A stretch of DNA of 64,000 nt from Desulfatiglandales bacterium (GCA_963666345.1 OY762721.1:544001-608000), one strand, 5' to 3'. Positions 34,073-43,963 are shown, numbered from the stretch's first letter. Numbers and translations are program-made. Notes: a model not told the origin generated them from the letters alone.

Positions 34073-34118
34073 TATTTAGACTGTGCCGTCCTTTCAGTCT
34101 ATTGTACCTTGGTACAGG
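34073..34118 (-). promoter_or_regulatory. Adhesin 2 promoter: palindrome (34103-34116) plus TAGACT-17nt-TAAATA
   Basis: Same 22-mer, with the palindrome 88 nt from the ATG. Confidence 0.68.
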
Positions 34119-34184
34119 TTGTTAAACTTTTTTATTAAGCCTTTAATTTTGTTTGGGATTTTTTTTAAGCGTATAATGACATAA

Positions 34185-34226
34185 AAAGACTGCCGCGAAG
34201 GTTACGAACCTTTCACGGCAGTCTTT
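34185..34226 (-). terminator. Intrinsic terminator of adhesin 3
   Basis: AAAGACTGCCGCGAAGG..TTTCACGGCAGTCTTT, with a G-U pair and U-tract on the - strand. Confidence 0.78.
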
Positions 34227-34260
34227 GTTCTTGCAAGGTTATGTTTTTACTGTTTATTGT

Positions 34261-37200
34261 TTACGGGGTTCCATCATCGATATCAAGATCACCCAAAAGT
34301 GTGGTAAGAGGATCTCCTGCTAACGAGTCAAAATCGATGTTGTCGAAGGTGACGCTGCCAAGCTCATTTTCTCCGCTGTCCAACAGGACCAGCTCGGCCT
34401 TTCCTCCGTCATCTCTCACATCATAATGATCAAGACCGGCAATATGGGTGAAATCGATGACATCACCCTCTGCCTGATCATAATCCATTATGGCGTCATG
34501 TCCCTCGCCCGACTTGAAGGTGTCCGCATCGTCCCCGCCTGTCAGGGCGTCGTCACCCGAGCCGCCGTCAAGCATATCTTCACCCGAGCCGCCGTCTATG
34601 GTGTCATCTCCCTCCTGTCCGTAGATGATATCGTCTCCGGCCCCGCCGTCTATGGTGTCATTTCCGCCGTCGCGACCGCTCTCGGCAGAAAGGGCCTCAT
34701 GATTGGCCTTGATGTAATCTGCGATCTGGTCGAGATCACCGCCATACTCATCAATCAGCGCCTGCCAGCCGCTTCCGTCAACGGTCGAAGCCGCCAGATC
34801 ATCAGTGTAAGGCGCATCACCGAAGATGATGTCGTCTCCCTCTCCACCGTCTATAGTGTCGTCTCCGGCCGGATCAAGGGTAGCCTGGCCGCCGGAAAGT
34901 TCGCCGATAATGGCGCTCAACTGTTCAGGTGAAGTAACGTTGTCCGCTACATGACCAGGCGTACCGGGAGGTGAACCTTCCACCTGATCCAGCATCTCCA
35001 GCGCCGAATCACCCACATTAATGCCCACGGCCTCAATCATGAAATCTGAACCGGTCAGGATGGAACTAACCTCGTCGGCAAAAGAACCGCCGGTAGTTGG
35101 GCTTCCGTCAGAGACAAACACCACGTTGTTCATGTCCGCTCCTGAGTGCGGCCCTGCCCCGCTGATCCATGTGTCCGCCTGAGCCAGGGCGGCCGCATAA
35201 TTGGTCAATCCCCCGGCAGTGAGGCCGTTGACCGCCGCTACGGCAGCCGCAAGTTCACCGGCGTCGTCAACACCTCCTGAGGTAAGATTGTAGGTGCCCA
35301 CCGGGGAAGCTGAATAGCTGAACTCGATTATATGAACACGTACGTTTTCCGCTTCGTATGACTGGAGATCTGCCAATGCATCATTGACCGCCGCCTTAAG
35401 TCCATTAAGTCTGCTCCCTACCATACTCCCTGAGGTATCAAGTACGAAGACGATATTCGCGGTATCGCCCGCTCCTATGCCGGCTCCGCCCGGATCACCT
35501 ATCAGAATGTCATCCCCGCCGGCGCCCGCAATCTCGCCGGAACCGGTATCGGGTACAGTCCAGAGAGGTTCTGAACCGGCTTCATCGTCATCTCCCGATC
35601 CTACTATAAGAACCGGCTCGTCAGCACCGTTAATCGTGATCGTCAGGGTGGCCATGCTGGTGTCGCCGTCGGCGTCCCGCATGGAGTATGTGAATGTGTC
35701 GGTAAGAGTTTCACCATCGTCCAGTGACTGGACACCTTCATCATCATTATCAAGTACATACTCGTAGCTTCCGTCGCTATTCAGGGTCAGGGTGCCGTAG
35801 TCGCCTGCCAGAGAAACGCCAGCGTCAACCGGTGTGCTGGAATCTCCTATATCTCCTGTACGCACCCATGTCACGGCCGGGCCGCCGTCCGCGCCTGCGT
35901 CATCCGCTGTGCCGTCCGTTGCGTTTTCGTCGCCTCCCGGCACGTCAATTCCTGTAAGCACGTTTCCTGTGGCGGTCGTGTTGTCGTCCTCCGTGACCGA
36001 GTCTGAGTCATCCGCTGCAGTCGGGGCATCATCACCAAAGCGCACCAGGGTCCCGATGTCGATGGTGTCGGCGGCGGTATCACCGTCACCATCAGTCGCC
36101 GTGGCAGTCAGAGTAACGCTGCCCGCATCGGCCAGGGTGATTATCTCGTCCGGGTCGGAGGTCGCGTGCATGACCGCCCGCGCCTGATCCAGGGTGACAT
36201 TACCCGTGCCGTCGACACTCACGGTGAGAACGATATCACCGCTCACGGCAGCCGTGGCATCCGTGCCCTCACGACCTACCACTTCACCATTTTCAACAAA
36301 CAGAAATACATGGTTGCCGCTTTCAGAATCTATGAGGCCTGAGTCAACGCCGGCCGCAGCCACACCCAAAGTGTAGACCACCGACTCAAGCCCGTCTGCC
36401 CCGCCCTCAATGTTGAAGTAGGTGCTGAAGTCCTTTGTGTCGTCTGTATCAAAATCGCTTTCATCGACTTTCAGACCCGCATTCCAGGTAACATTCACAT
36501 TCACGTCCTCGTAGTCGGAATCCGTGCTGCCGAGGAGGTCCTCCCAGTTCTGGTTTCCCGGCCATTCATTGTCCTGGACATGGGAATAGCGGTCCACGTT
36601 CAGCGCAGCATTGTCGAAGAAAATATTTGCCCCTGTGCCTGTCAAGGGAGTATCTGTATCCGTCTCATAGGCCTGCCACACACCGGGGCTGACCTCCTGG
36701 AAGTAAACCTCCTCGCCGTCTGCAAGACCGGAATTTTGCCCTCCTCCGTCCGGTATGATGAAAAAGCCCACCTGCTCGGGTGGATAACCTTCCACTGTTA
36801 CAGGCCCAGAGGCAACCTTTACGTTCGCCCAGATGATTTCACCTGTTGTCGGGTTACCATCTCCATCCTTGATGTAATAGCCGTAACTGTTGTTATAGCC
36901 TGCAACGCCAACGTTCTGATACTCGGCGGTAAAGCTGTATGTTTCAGCACCAGACTCCGCGGTAACACTCGGCCCGTCATCACTGAAATAGATCTGATCA
37001 CCTATGTCGGTGCTGTCCGTATCGATATCACCGTCACCGTCGGTCACGGTAACAACCGCACTGATCTTGCCTGTCAGGTCTACCGTTTCATCATGGCTAC
37101 TGCCGCCCGTGGGGTTGGTAACAGACGCATACTGCGCTAAGCTCACCGTGCCGTCATCCGCATCTATGGCTACTGCAAAGGCAATAGCGCCGGACGGATC

Positions 37201-40200
37201 AGCCGTGTCCGTGCCATCTCCTGCCTCAGTGCCGATCCGACCAACTACCAGGTCCCCTGACTTGTACAGAAAGATCTGCGTACCGTCTGTCGTCTCAAGA
37301 CCGGAATCAGTACCGTCCGCCGCAATAGAAAGCGATACAACAGTCGTGCCGCCTTCCTCGTCTGCACCGTAGCTCGAACCACTAGTATCAACCAGGCTAT
37401 AGTAACCCTGCGCGTACTGCGCTGTCGTAAGATCACTTGATGTGCCCGTCAATCCACCGAACAGTGCACTTACCGCCGGATCGGTAGTGTCGTCATCCTG
37501 TACACCGTCAGTCTCATCAACCGTAACGGTACTGGGCACTTCTCCATCAATAAGTGGCGCCTCTACGATATCCGCTACCGGCATGTCGTCCGTTACCTGA
37601 AGCGTGACATCTACCGCCTGCAGGTCACCGTCTGCGTCCTGACCGGTTATGGATACCGTATCAAGCACGTCCGTCTGCTCGCCCTGGTCGTCCTGACCAA
37701 GAAGCATGTTGTCGAGAAGCGTGTAGGTATAGGTGCCGTTACTGTTCACCAGAAGTGAGGCCGCCGCACCCTCCCCTTCGGTTCCAAGAAAATTACCGTA
37801 CTCATCCCAGTACACGGTCGTGTTCACATCAAAGCTCGCCTGACCAACGCTGAACCCTGTCGCGGAAGCAAATCCGTCCGCTCCCCAGCTCACGTTATCC
37901 ACGATGGTCCCGTCAACAGAGGAAACTCCTCCGTCATCCTCATCTATGCCCCCTTCCATCTTCTCGTCTTCCACGGTAACCGTGTCGGAGCCGCCTTCCA
38001 CATAAAGTTCGGGCATGTCGTCCGTTACCTGGAGCGTGACGTTTACCGCAGGGGCTTCATCACCGTCCGCGTCCTGACCAACAATAGCCACAGTGTCAAG
38101 CACGTCCGTCTGCTCGCCCTGGTCGTCCTGACCCATGAGCATGTTGTCCAAAAGGGTGTAGGTGTATGTGCCGTCGCTGTTTACTATAAGCGAGGCTGCA
38201 GGAGTCGGCAGCTGATCCACAACTTCCACGGACATCATTAAGGCCGGGCCCGTGGAGGAAGCCATCAGCCCCTCCCCCATGAAATTACCGTACTGATCCC
38301 AGTACACGGTGGTTCCGGCCTCAAAGCTCTGCTCACCGACCGTGAACTGAACCACGGAACCAAAATCATCGGCCCCCCAGTTCACGTTGTCTACTATGGT
38401 CCCATTTACTACTCCCAGCCCTCCGTCATCCTCATCATTTCCGCCGGTCATCTTCTCATCTTCCACGGTAACCGTGTCGCTTGATCCGCCGCCAACCGTG
38501 ATCTCCCCGCCGATGACATTGAACACCCAGTTGCCGTCAGGAGAGGTAGAGGGATTACTGGTCGTTTCAAGCCCAAGCATGCCTGCCTGATCACCAGCCT
38601 GAGGAAGCTCGTAGTAATTAACCCCGTCCCCCGCGGTCCAGCCGGCCCTTGCAATCACACCGCCAAGTCCGTCCGTGCCGCCGCTTGCATCACCGGTCGT
38701 CCAGTCTATGTTCTCATAGCGGAACTCAAAGCCGAAATCGCCGTCCCCCTGATCAAAGATGCGCAACTGAAACCCGTTAACAAGGCTCGTATCCTGGCTA
38801 TAAAATCCCACATCATCCCAGGTGATCGTGATCACACCGTTTACCTCGTCAAGGTCATACCAGACAAGGTTGCTTCCGGTGGAATTACCCCCGGGGGAGA
38901 CATTTCCATCCGCTCCCCGTGTGTCGACATCCGCGAAGAAGGGCGCGATCATAGGATTAGAGGTCGCTCCGGTGATCGCGAAAGGGGTATAGGTGCCCAT
39001 GGCACTTTCAAAGGTAATGTTACCGTTGTTGTTGATGTAAAAACCATTGTATGTCTGGCCGAAAAGGTTCATGCCGCCCGTGAAGATAGAGGTGACATCA
39101 ATAAATCCGGTCGAACCGTCATCATTGGCCGCAAGGAAATTCTCTCCGAATCCATTGGGGCCGCCAAGGTTGTTCACCAGGACGTTTCCGCCTTCACCAG
39201 GTCCGGGAATACCCGTATAGGAAGAAGCCATAGCAACAACATCCTGGCCGTCCGGCTCTTCAGGCTCGCCTTCGTCTCCCAGCAGTTCAGGCGTGTCGTC
39301 ATCAAATGTCACTGCCAGGGTGCCGTTTGCAGTATCGCCGTCACTGTCGCTCACCGTGTAGGTAAGTGTGGCGGTGGCGTCGTTTTCAGTATTATCGCCT
39401 TCCTCACCGTCCAAAGATTCGTGCAGCACGTTATCCAATAACGTAACAGTGTATTCACCTGTAAGCGGGTTTACCTGCACCTCAAAAAGGGGCGTATCCG
39501 CTCGATCACCATCTGATATAACGGCTGTAAGGGTGCTTGTGCCTGCATCCCAGCTGTAGGTGACTTCCTCCGTGCCTACCATGGCGGTCTGACCGTTCAT
39601 ACCGGCAAAACCGATAAAGCCCGGGCCGTCTCCTCCAAAGTCGTGCGCGAGCACACCGCTGAAGGTCGCTTCGTTTCCGTCATCATCAGGATCAACAACT
39701 TCATCCCCGATACCGCCTTCTATACCTCCTGCCAGACCTTCATCGTCAACCATGGCAAAGGACTCACCCGCAGTAGGCTGATCATCAATAGCATTCCCAT
39801 CAAGCGGATCAACCGCATCACCCGTTAGCCCGGTCGTCTCGGCGCCGCTTCCGGGGGTGACCTCTTCTCCCGTCAGGTCAAAGCTCACAATCGGGTGGCC
39901 TCCGCCTGCCCCTGCTGCCCCGCCCGCAGCGGTTGCCTCAAGCTCTATCTCCTCTCCGCCTTCAAGAAGCGCCTGCTGGATCTGCTCGGCATCGGCTGTG
40001 GCCTCGGCCACATCTTCAGGAGCAACACCCGCGTACACATCCTCATCTATTACGATATCGCTCATCCTGCCGATATCAAGCTGCGTGGGGGGAGGTCCGT
40101 CAAGCATTATGGAAACGCTCCCGTCACCCTCGGTTATTATGCGGTCAAAGGCGAAGATCGGGCTGTTTACCGACAGGACCCTGGTAGCGCCGTCCTCGGA

Positions 40201-40287
40201 TACGGCCTTTACCTTACCGTAGATGATAAATGCCTTGCCTACCGCCTGATTCGTACCGGATGCCTGCGTAGATGTCGTGTCTGCCAT
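34261..40287 (-). CDS. Retention-module RTX adhesin 3 (~2008 aa): retention module with TAAG site, NIDO, Ig-like domains, vWA, RTX, T1SS signal
   Basis: ATG at 40287; 5' 2.7 kb shared with adhesin 2; internal ~1.3 kb homologous to adhesin 1; DTSGS MIDAS. Confidence 0.92.
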   Translation of the reverse strand: MADTTSTQASGTNQAVGKAFIIYGKVKAVSEDGATRVLSVNSPIFAFDRIITEGDGSVSIMLDGPPPTQLDIGRMSDIVIDEDVYAGVAPEDVAEATADAEQIQQALLEGGEEIELEATAAGGAAGAGGGHPIVSFDLTGEEVTPGSGAETTGLTGDAVDPLDGNAIDDQPTAGESFAMVDDEGLAGGIEGGIGDEVVDPDDDGNEATFSGVLAHDFGGDGPGFIGFAGMNGQTAMVGTEEVTYSWDAGTSTLTAVISDGDRADTPLFEVQVNPLTGEYTVTLLDNVLHESLDGEEGDNTENDATATLTYTVSDSDGDTANGTLAVTFDDDTPELLGDEGEPEEPDGQDVVAMASSYTGIPGPGEGGNVLVNNLGGPNGFGENFLAANDDGSTGFIDVTSIFTGGMNLFGQTYNGFYINNNGNITFESAMGTYTPFAITGATSNPMIAPFFADVDTRGADGNVSPGGNSTGSNLVWYDLDEVNGVITITWDDVGFYSQDTSLVNGFQLRIFDQGDGDFGFEFRYENIDWTTGDASGGTDGLGGVIARAGWTAGDGVNYYELPQAGDQAGMLGLETTSNPSTSPDGNWVFNVIGGEITVGGGSSDTVTVEDEKMTGGNDEDDGGLGVVNGTIVDNVNWGADDFGSVVQFTVGEQSFEAGTTVYWDQYGNFMGEGLMASSTGPALMMSVEVVDQLPTPAASLIVNSDGTYTYTLLDNMLMGQDDQGEQTDVLDTVAIVGQDADGDEAPAVNVTLQVTDDMPELYVEGGSDTVTVEDEKMEGGIDEDDGGVSSVDGTIVDNVSWGADGFASATGFSVGQASFDVNTTVYWDEYGNFLGTEGEGAAASLLVNSNGTYTYTLLDNMLLGQDDQGEQTDVLDTVSITGQDADGDLQAVDVTLQVTDDMPVADIVEAPLIDGEVPSTVTVDETDGVQDDDTTDPAVSALFGGLTGTSSDLTTAQYAQGYYSLVDTSGSSYGADEEGGTTVVSLSIAADGTDSGLETTDGTQIFLYKSGDLVVGRIGTEAGDGTDTADPSGAIAFAVAIDADDGTVSLAQYASVTNPTGGSSHDETVDLTGKISAVVTVTDGDGDIDTDSTDIGDQIYFSDDGPSVTAESGAETYSFTAEYQNVGVAGYNNSYGYYIKDGDGNPTTGEIIWANVKVASGPVTVEGYPPEQVGFFIIPDGGGQNSGLADGEEVYFQEVSPGVWQAYETDTDTPLTGTGANIFFDNAALNVDRYSHVQDNEWPGNQNWEDLLGSTDSDYEDVNVNVTWNAGLKVDESDFDTDDTKDFSTYFNIEGGADGLESVVYTLGVAAAGVDSGLIDSESGNHVFLFVENGEVVGREGTDATAAVSGDIVLTVSVDGTGNVTLDQARAVMHATSDPDEIITLADAGSVTLTATATDGDGDTAADTIDIGTLVRFGDDAPTAADDSDSVTEDDNTTATGNVLTGIDVPGGDENATDGTADDAGADGGPAVTWVRTGDIGDSSTPVDAGVSLAGDYGTLTLNSDGSYEYVLDNDDEGVQSLDDGETLTDTFTYSMRDADGDTSMATLTITINGADEPVLIVGSGDDDEAGSEPLWTVPDTGSGEIAGAGGDDILIGDPGGAGIGAGDTANIVFVLDTSGSMVGSRLNGLKAAVNDALADLQSYEAENVRVHIIEFSYSASPVGTYNLTSGGVDDAGELAAAVAAVNGLTAGGLTNYAAALAQADTWISGAGPHSGADMNNVVFVSDGSPTTGGSFADEVSSILTGSDFMIEAVGINVGDSALEMLDQVEGSPPGTPGHVADNVTSPEQLSAIIGELSGGQATLDPAGDDTIDGGEGDDIIFGDAPYTDDLAASTVDGSGWQALIDEYGGDLDQIADYIKANHEALSAESGRDGGNDTIDGGAGDDIIYGQEGDDTIDGGSGEDMLDGGSGDDALTGGDDADTFKSGEGHDAIMDYDQAEGDVIDFTHIAGLDHYDVRDDGGKAELVLLDSGENELGSVTFDNIDFDSLAGDPLTTLLGDLDIDDGTP

Positions 40288-40310
40288 GATCAAATCTCCT
40301 TATATTGGAT
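37580..40310. repeat. 2.73-kb direct repeat, near-identical to 31308-34038
   Basis: See the partner copy. Confidence 0.93.
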
Positions 40311-40344
40311 GGATTACATGCCTTTTTATCATTATTTGTGTTCA

Positions 40345-40390
40345 AGGATAATCTTGCCAACTATTTTAGTCTATTGTACCTTGGTACAGG
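40345..40390 (-). promoter_or_regulatory. Adhesin 3 promoter: palindrome (40375-40388) plus TAGACT-17nt-TATCCT
   Basis: Same 22-mer, with the palindrome 88 nt from the ATG. Confidence 0.7.
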
Positions 40391-40472
40391 TTTTATATAT
40401 TTTTTGAAGAAAATCCTAAAGTAAAGGGTATTGTGCTGCTGTTTACGGAACAACAGAGGCGCGGGCTGTTTT

Positions 40473-40760
40473 ATAATAAAGGCTGTATGTGACTTTTAAA
40501 GGGTGAAAGAAAAAAAGCTGTTTGCTACCGAAAGAGGTTTCATTAATAAATCAGTAGATATTACAATATACCTGACAAGAATATTTATGGGTGACAGTCC
40601 TGGAGAAATATGCCAAGACTATCACTTCCGGAAACATAGTCCCGCGGCCGGTGTCATGGAACGGGTGAAGAAACGGATAGAAGGCGATAAGCTGTTCAGG
40701 AAAAGGCGGATTAGATAAAATTGAAGTTGATGGGTAACAAAAGTCGAACGGAGATCCCCT
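40473..40760 (+). pseudogene. Decayed C-terminal HTH tail of a REP-associated tyrosine (Y1/RAYT-like) transposase
   Basis: IKAVCDF*RVKEKKLFATERGFINKSVDITIYLTRIFMGDSPGEICQDY..KHS..GVMERVKKRIEGDKLFRKR with an in-frame stop and frameshifts, ending KSRTE; resembles the DnaA-C-like tail of such transposases as I recall it. Confidence 0.5.
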
Positions 40761-40761
40761 T

Positions 40762-42414
40762 ATGTTCCGGCGGATACTGGATTGTGCCAGCAGGCAAACC
40801 TCAAAAATCGCCTTTCTTGAAGAAATCCTGAAGATACTGATGGATTTTTCGGGGTGCGACTCAACCGCCTTTCTTATGCAGGACGGGAAGAAATACCACT
40901 GTTTCAAGTCCTATAAAAAAAGCGGGGACCCGTTCGATTTTGAAATCATAAATCTCATTCACGGGCAAAAGTCTCTTGAAGGGATGAAATATCTGAGAAA
41001 ATGGGGCCGGGGCATTCCCGGTTTCCCCCCTTTTTTCCGTTACAGAGATGGGGGTTTGTGGGTAAACGATACATCTGAATTTTTGGATGAATGCCCTGAC
41101 CCTGTTGTCGAGATTTTAAAGGAACTTATTCCTGCCGTATCATCATATCCTTCTGCGGCCCTTGTACCCATTGAAGCTGACGGCTCTCATGCCGGAATTT
41201 TACAACTGGGAAGCAGGAAGGCTTATCACTTCAAAGAGACTGAAACGGACAACTATAAAGGGATAATCGAAAGCATCGGCACTGCGTTGAAGGTCTGGCA
41301 GGTTCATTCAGCCCTTAATGAGCGAGTCAAGGAACTCACCTGCCACTACAATATACTGCAACTGTCCGATCAACCGGACAGGACCCTGGATGAAATTTTC
41401 AAAGGGGTTGTTGAGCTTCTTCCCCCTGCATGGCAATTCCCGGACGCTGCCACGGCCCGGATCGTATTTGACGGAGAGGTCTATGCATTGCCCGATTTTC
41501 AAAAGGCAAAAGACAGGCAATCATCCTATATAATCGTTAAGGGCAAAAAACGTGGGTTCATAGAGGTGGCATACACCGAAGATAAGCCTGAGCTGGATGA
41601 GGGCCCGTTTCTGAGGGAAGAAAGAGAGCTTATTGAAAGCGTTTCGAGAGAATTATCGCTGATCATCCTGAGAAGAGTAAGCGAAGAAGAAAAGAGCGAG
41701 CTGTTGGATCAGCTCAGACACGCCGATCGGTTGGCTATTATAGGCCAACTGGCCGCAGCCGTGGCTCATGAACTGAATGAACCACTGGCAAATATCCTGG
41801 GATTCTCTCAGCTTGCATTGAAATCGGAAGGAGTTCCCGAACAGACAAGGCAGGATATTGAGAAAATATCAGCCGCATCTCTTCATTCAAGAGAAATCAT
41901 CAAAAAATTATTGGCGTTCGCACGACAGACACCCTCAAAAAAATCCCTTGTAAGCCTGAATCAGGTTGTAAAGGAAACACTCTATTTCCTTGATTCCAGA
42001 TGCGCTAAGGAAGGCATCACCATGAAATTATCCCTCCACCCCGACATTCCGGATATCATCGCAAACGCGGGACAGCTCATGCAGGTCCTGACAAATCTGG
42101 TGGTAAATTCCATGCAGGCGATGCCCGAAGGCGGCAATCTCACCATCAGCACCCTTAACAAGGGGGATTATGTTATTCTTGCCGTGGAAGACACGGGAAT
42201 CGGCATGAGCGAGGATGTCAAGGAAAAGATTTTCACGCCTTTTTTTACAAACAAAGTCGCCGGGCAGGGAACAGGCCTGGGGCTGCCGGTCGTCCATGAC
42301 ATCATAATGGCCCATGGAGGAAGGATGAAAGTGGAAAGCGATGTCGGTCAAGGAACAAGTTTTGAGATCCGTCTGCCGGTCAACCGGCCGGAAAGGACCA
42401 GGACAGATGATTAA
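40762..42414 (+). CDS. Cytoplasmic sensor histidine kinase (GAF-like domains, HisKA, HATPase)
   Basis: H-box HELNEPL, N-box NLVVNSMQA, DTGIG, FTPFFT, GTGLGL; no TM helix. Confidence 0.92.
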   Translation: MFRRILDCASRQTSKIAFLEEILKILMDFSGCDSTAFLMQDGKKYHCFKSYKKSGDPFDFEIINLIHGQKSLEGMKYLRKWGRGIPGFPPFFRYRDGGLWVNDTSEFLDECPDPVVEILKELIPAVSSYPSAALVPIEADGSHAGILQLGSRKAYHFKETETDNYKGIIESIGTALKVWQVHSALNERVKELTCHYNILQLSDQPDRTLDEIFKGVVELLPPAWQFPDAATARIVFDGEVYALPDFQKAKDRQSSYIIVKGKKRGFIEVAYTEDKPELDEGPFLREERELIESVSRELSLIILRRVSEEEKSELLDQLRHADRLAIIGQLAAAVAHELNEPLANILGFSQLALKSEGVPEQTRQDIEKISAASLHSREIIKKLLAFARQTPSKKSLVSLNQVVKETLYFLDSRCAKEGITMKLSLHPDIPDIIANAGQLMQVLTNLVVNSMQAMPEGGNLTISTLNKGDYVILAVEDTGIGMSEDVKEKIFTPFFTNKVAGQGTGLGLPVVHDIIMAHGGRMKVESDVGQGTSFEIRLPVNRPERTRTDD

Positions 42415-43762
42415 CGACCCTTCTTCAATGAATATGGAATGCATTCTAGTCGTGGATGACGCCCCCGGCACTCTAGAGATCATCCGTCGAAATCTGACCT
42501 CAAAAGGATACCGTGTCTTTACCGCAGGCAACGTGGCGGAGGCGGTCAGTATCCTTGACACGACGATAATGGATCTGGTTGTTACCGATTTGAAGATGCC
42601 GGGAGCCGACGGATTCGATCTTTTAAGACATGTAAGGGAAAACTTCAAAGATATTGAAGTGGTTATGATAACCGGTTTTCCCAGCATCGAGGGGGCGGTC
42701 AGGGCCGTAAAGATAGGCGCGGAAGAATACCTGCCGAAACCCTTTACCGATGAAGAGCTCTTTTCCACGGTCACTCATGCATTGCAAAAACTGCGGGAGA
42801 GAAGAAATGCCCGCAATAAAACCACACCCTTTGACCATTATGGAATAATCGGGGAGTCAAAGGCGATGCGCAGTGTCTTCAGATTCATAAGAAGGGCATC
42901 TGAGACATCGGCGACAGTGCTTATATGCGGTGAAAGCGGCACCGGGAAAGAGGTCGTGGCACGGGCAATACATTACAACGGCAAAAGGGCCGCCGCACCT
43001 TTTGTTCCTGTTAACTGCGGGGCGATTCCGGAAAATCTGCTCGAAAGCGAGCTCTTCGGCTATGTAAAGGGCGCCTTTACAGGGGCTGTAGAATCGCGTG
43101 CCGGTTTTTTTCAAATCTCCGATAAAGGCACGATATTTCTGGATGAAATCAGTGAAGCAAGCCTTCCAATGCAGGTCAAACTCCTCAGGGTGCTTCAGGA
43201 TAAAGAGATATTCATGCTGGGCTCCAGCCGGTTGGCCAAGGTGGATGTCAGGGTTATGGCCGCCACAAACAGGAATCTCACCGAGCTGGTCAAAAAACGT
43301 GCCTTCAGGGAAGACCTGTTCTATCGCCTGAATGTGGTCACAATCGACATACCCCCTTTGAGGCAGAGGAGGGAAGACATAGCACCTTTAGCCCATCATA
43401 TGATCGGCAAATTTGCAAAGGAATTCGATAAAGAGCCGCCCCATATCTCAGATGAGGCTTTCAAGGCCCTTGAGACATATCAATGGCCTGGAAATGTCAG
43501 GGAATTGGAGAATATTATCCAGCGCCTGGTGGTCATGACGGAAGGCCATAAAATAGAGGTCTCGGACCTCCCCTCTTTAATGCGCTTTTCCGCCCCGAAC
43601 TGCTCAAGCCTGGATCGTTCCCTGAAGGAGGTTGAAACAGGGTACATTCGAAATGTCCTGGAAAGCGTTGACGGAAACAAGACACAGGCGGCAAGGATAC
43701 TGGGCATAGACCGCAAGACCCTTCGGGAAAAACTTAAGTCATCCGAAACAGGCGCTGCTTGA
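42407..43762 (+). CDS. Sigma54-dependent response regulator (NtrC/AtoC family)
   Basis: REC (VVDD, TDLKMP), GESGTGKE, GAFTGA, WPGNVREL, Fis-type HTH; ATG at 42407 overlaps the kinase stop. Confidence 0.93.
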   Translation: MINDPSSMNMECILVVDDAPGTLEIIRRNLTSKGYRVFTAGNVAEAVSILDTTIMDLVVTDLKMPGADGFDLLRHVRENFKDIEVVMITGFPSIEGAVRAVKIGAEEYLPKPFTDEELFSTVTHALQKLRERRNARNKTTPFDHYGIIGESKAMRSVFRFIRRASETSATVLICGESGTGKEVVARAIHYNGKRAAAPFVPVNCGAIPENLLESELFGYVKGAFTGAVESRAGFFQISDKGTIFLDEISEASLPMQVKLLRVLQDKEIFMLGSSRLAKVDVRVMAATNRNLTELVKKRAFREDLFYRLNVVTIDIPPLRQRREDIAPLAHHMIGKFAKEFDKEPPHISDEAFKALETYQWPGNVRELENIIQRLVVMTEGHKIEVSDLPSLMRFSAPNCSSLDRSLKEVETGYIRNVLESVDGNKTQAARILGIDRKTLREKLKSSETGAA

Positions 43763-43774
43763 CCGGCTTAAACC

Positions 43775-43808
43775 GGGTAATTTCTCCTCAGCGGGACAAA
43801 ACTCCCCA
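43775..43808. promoter_or_regulatory. Putative tandem enhancer sites GGGTAATTTCTCCTCA and GGGACAAAACTCCCCA
   Basis: Two similar quasi-palindromic 16-mers, 18 bp apart start to start, ~160-190 bp upstream of a sigma54-like promoter. Confidence 0.5.
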
Positions 43809-43963
43809 TGTTAGCGGAAGCCTCCCTATACCGCAAAAGGACTCCCAAGGGCTCCCCTTTCCCACATCTTTTCCCCATTAACCAACCGTTGTTACACCTT
43901 TTTTTTGCACCTTTTTTTTCTGATTCAAAAGAAATCAGGGAACAATCCGTTATTTCAGCTAAT

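Noticed and set aside
10821..40310. Shufflon or diversity-generating retroelement acting on the adhesins
   Set aside because: All repeats are direct; no invertase or reverse transcriptase, and no adenine-specific TR/VR pair seen
11058..40407. Many other short ORFs overlapping the adhesins
   Set aside because: Ser/Pro/Val-rich antisense or off-frame products of Asp/Gly/Thr codons
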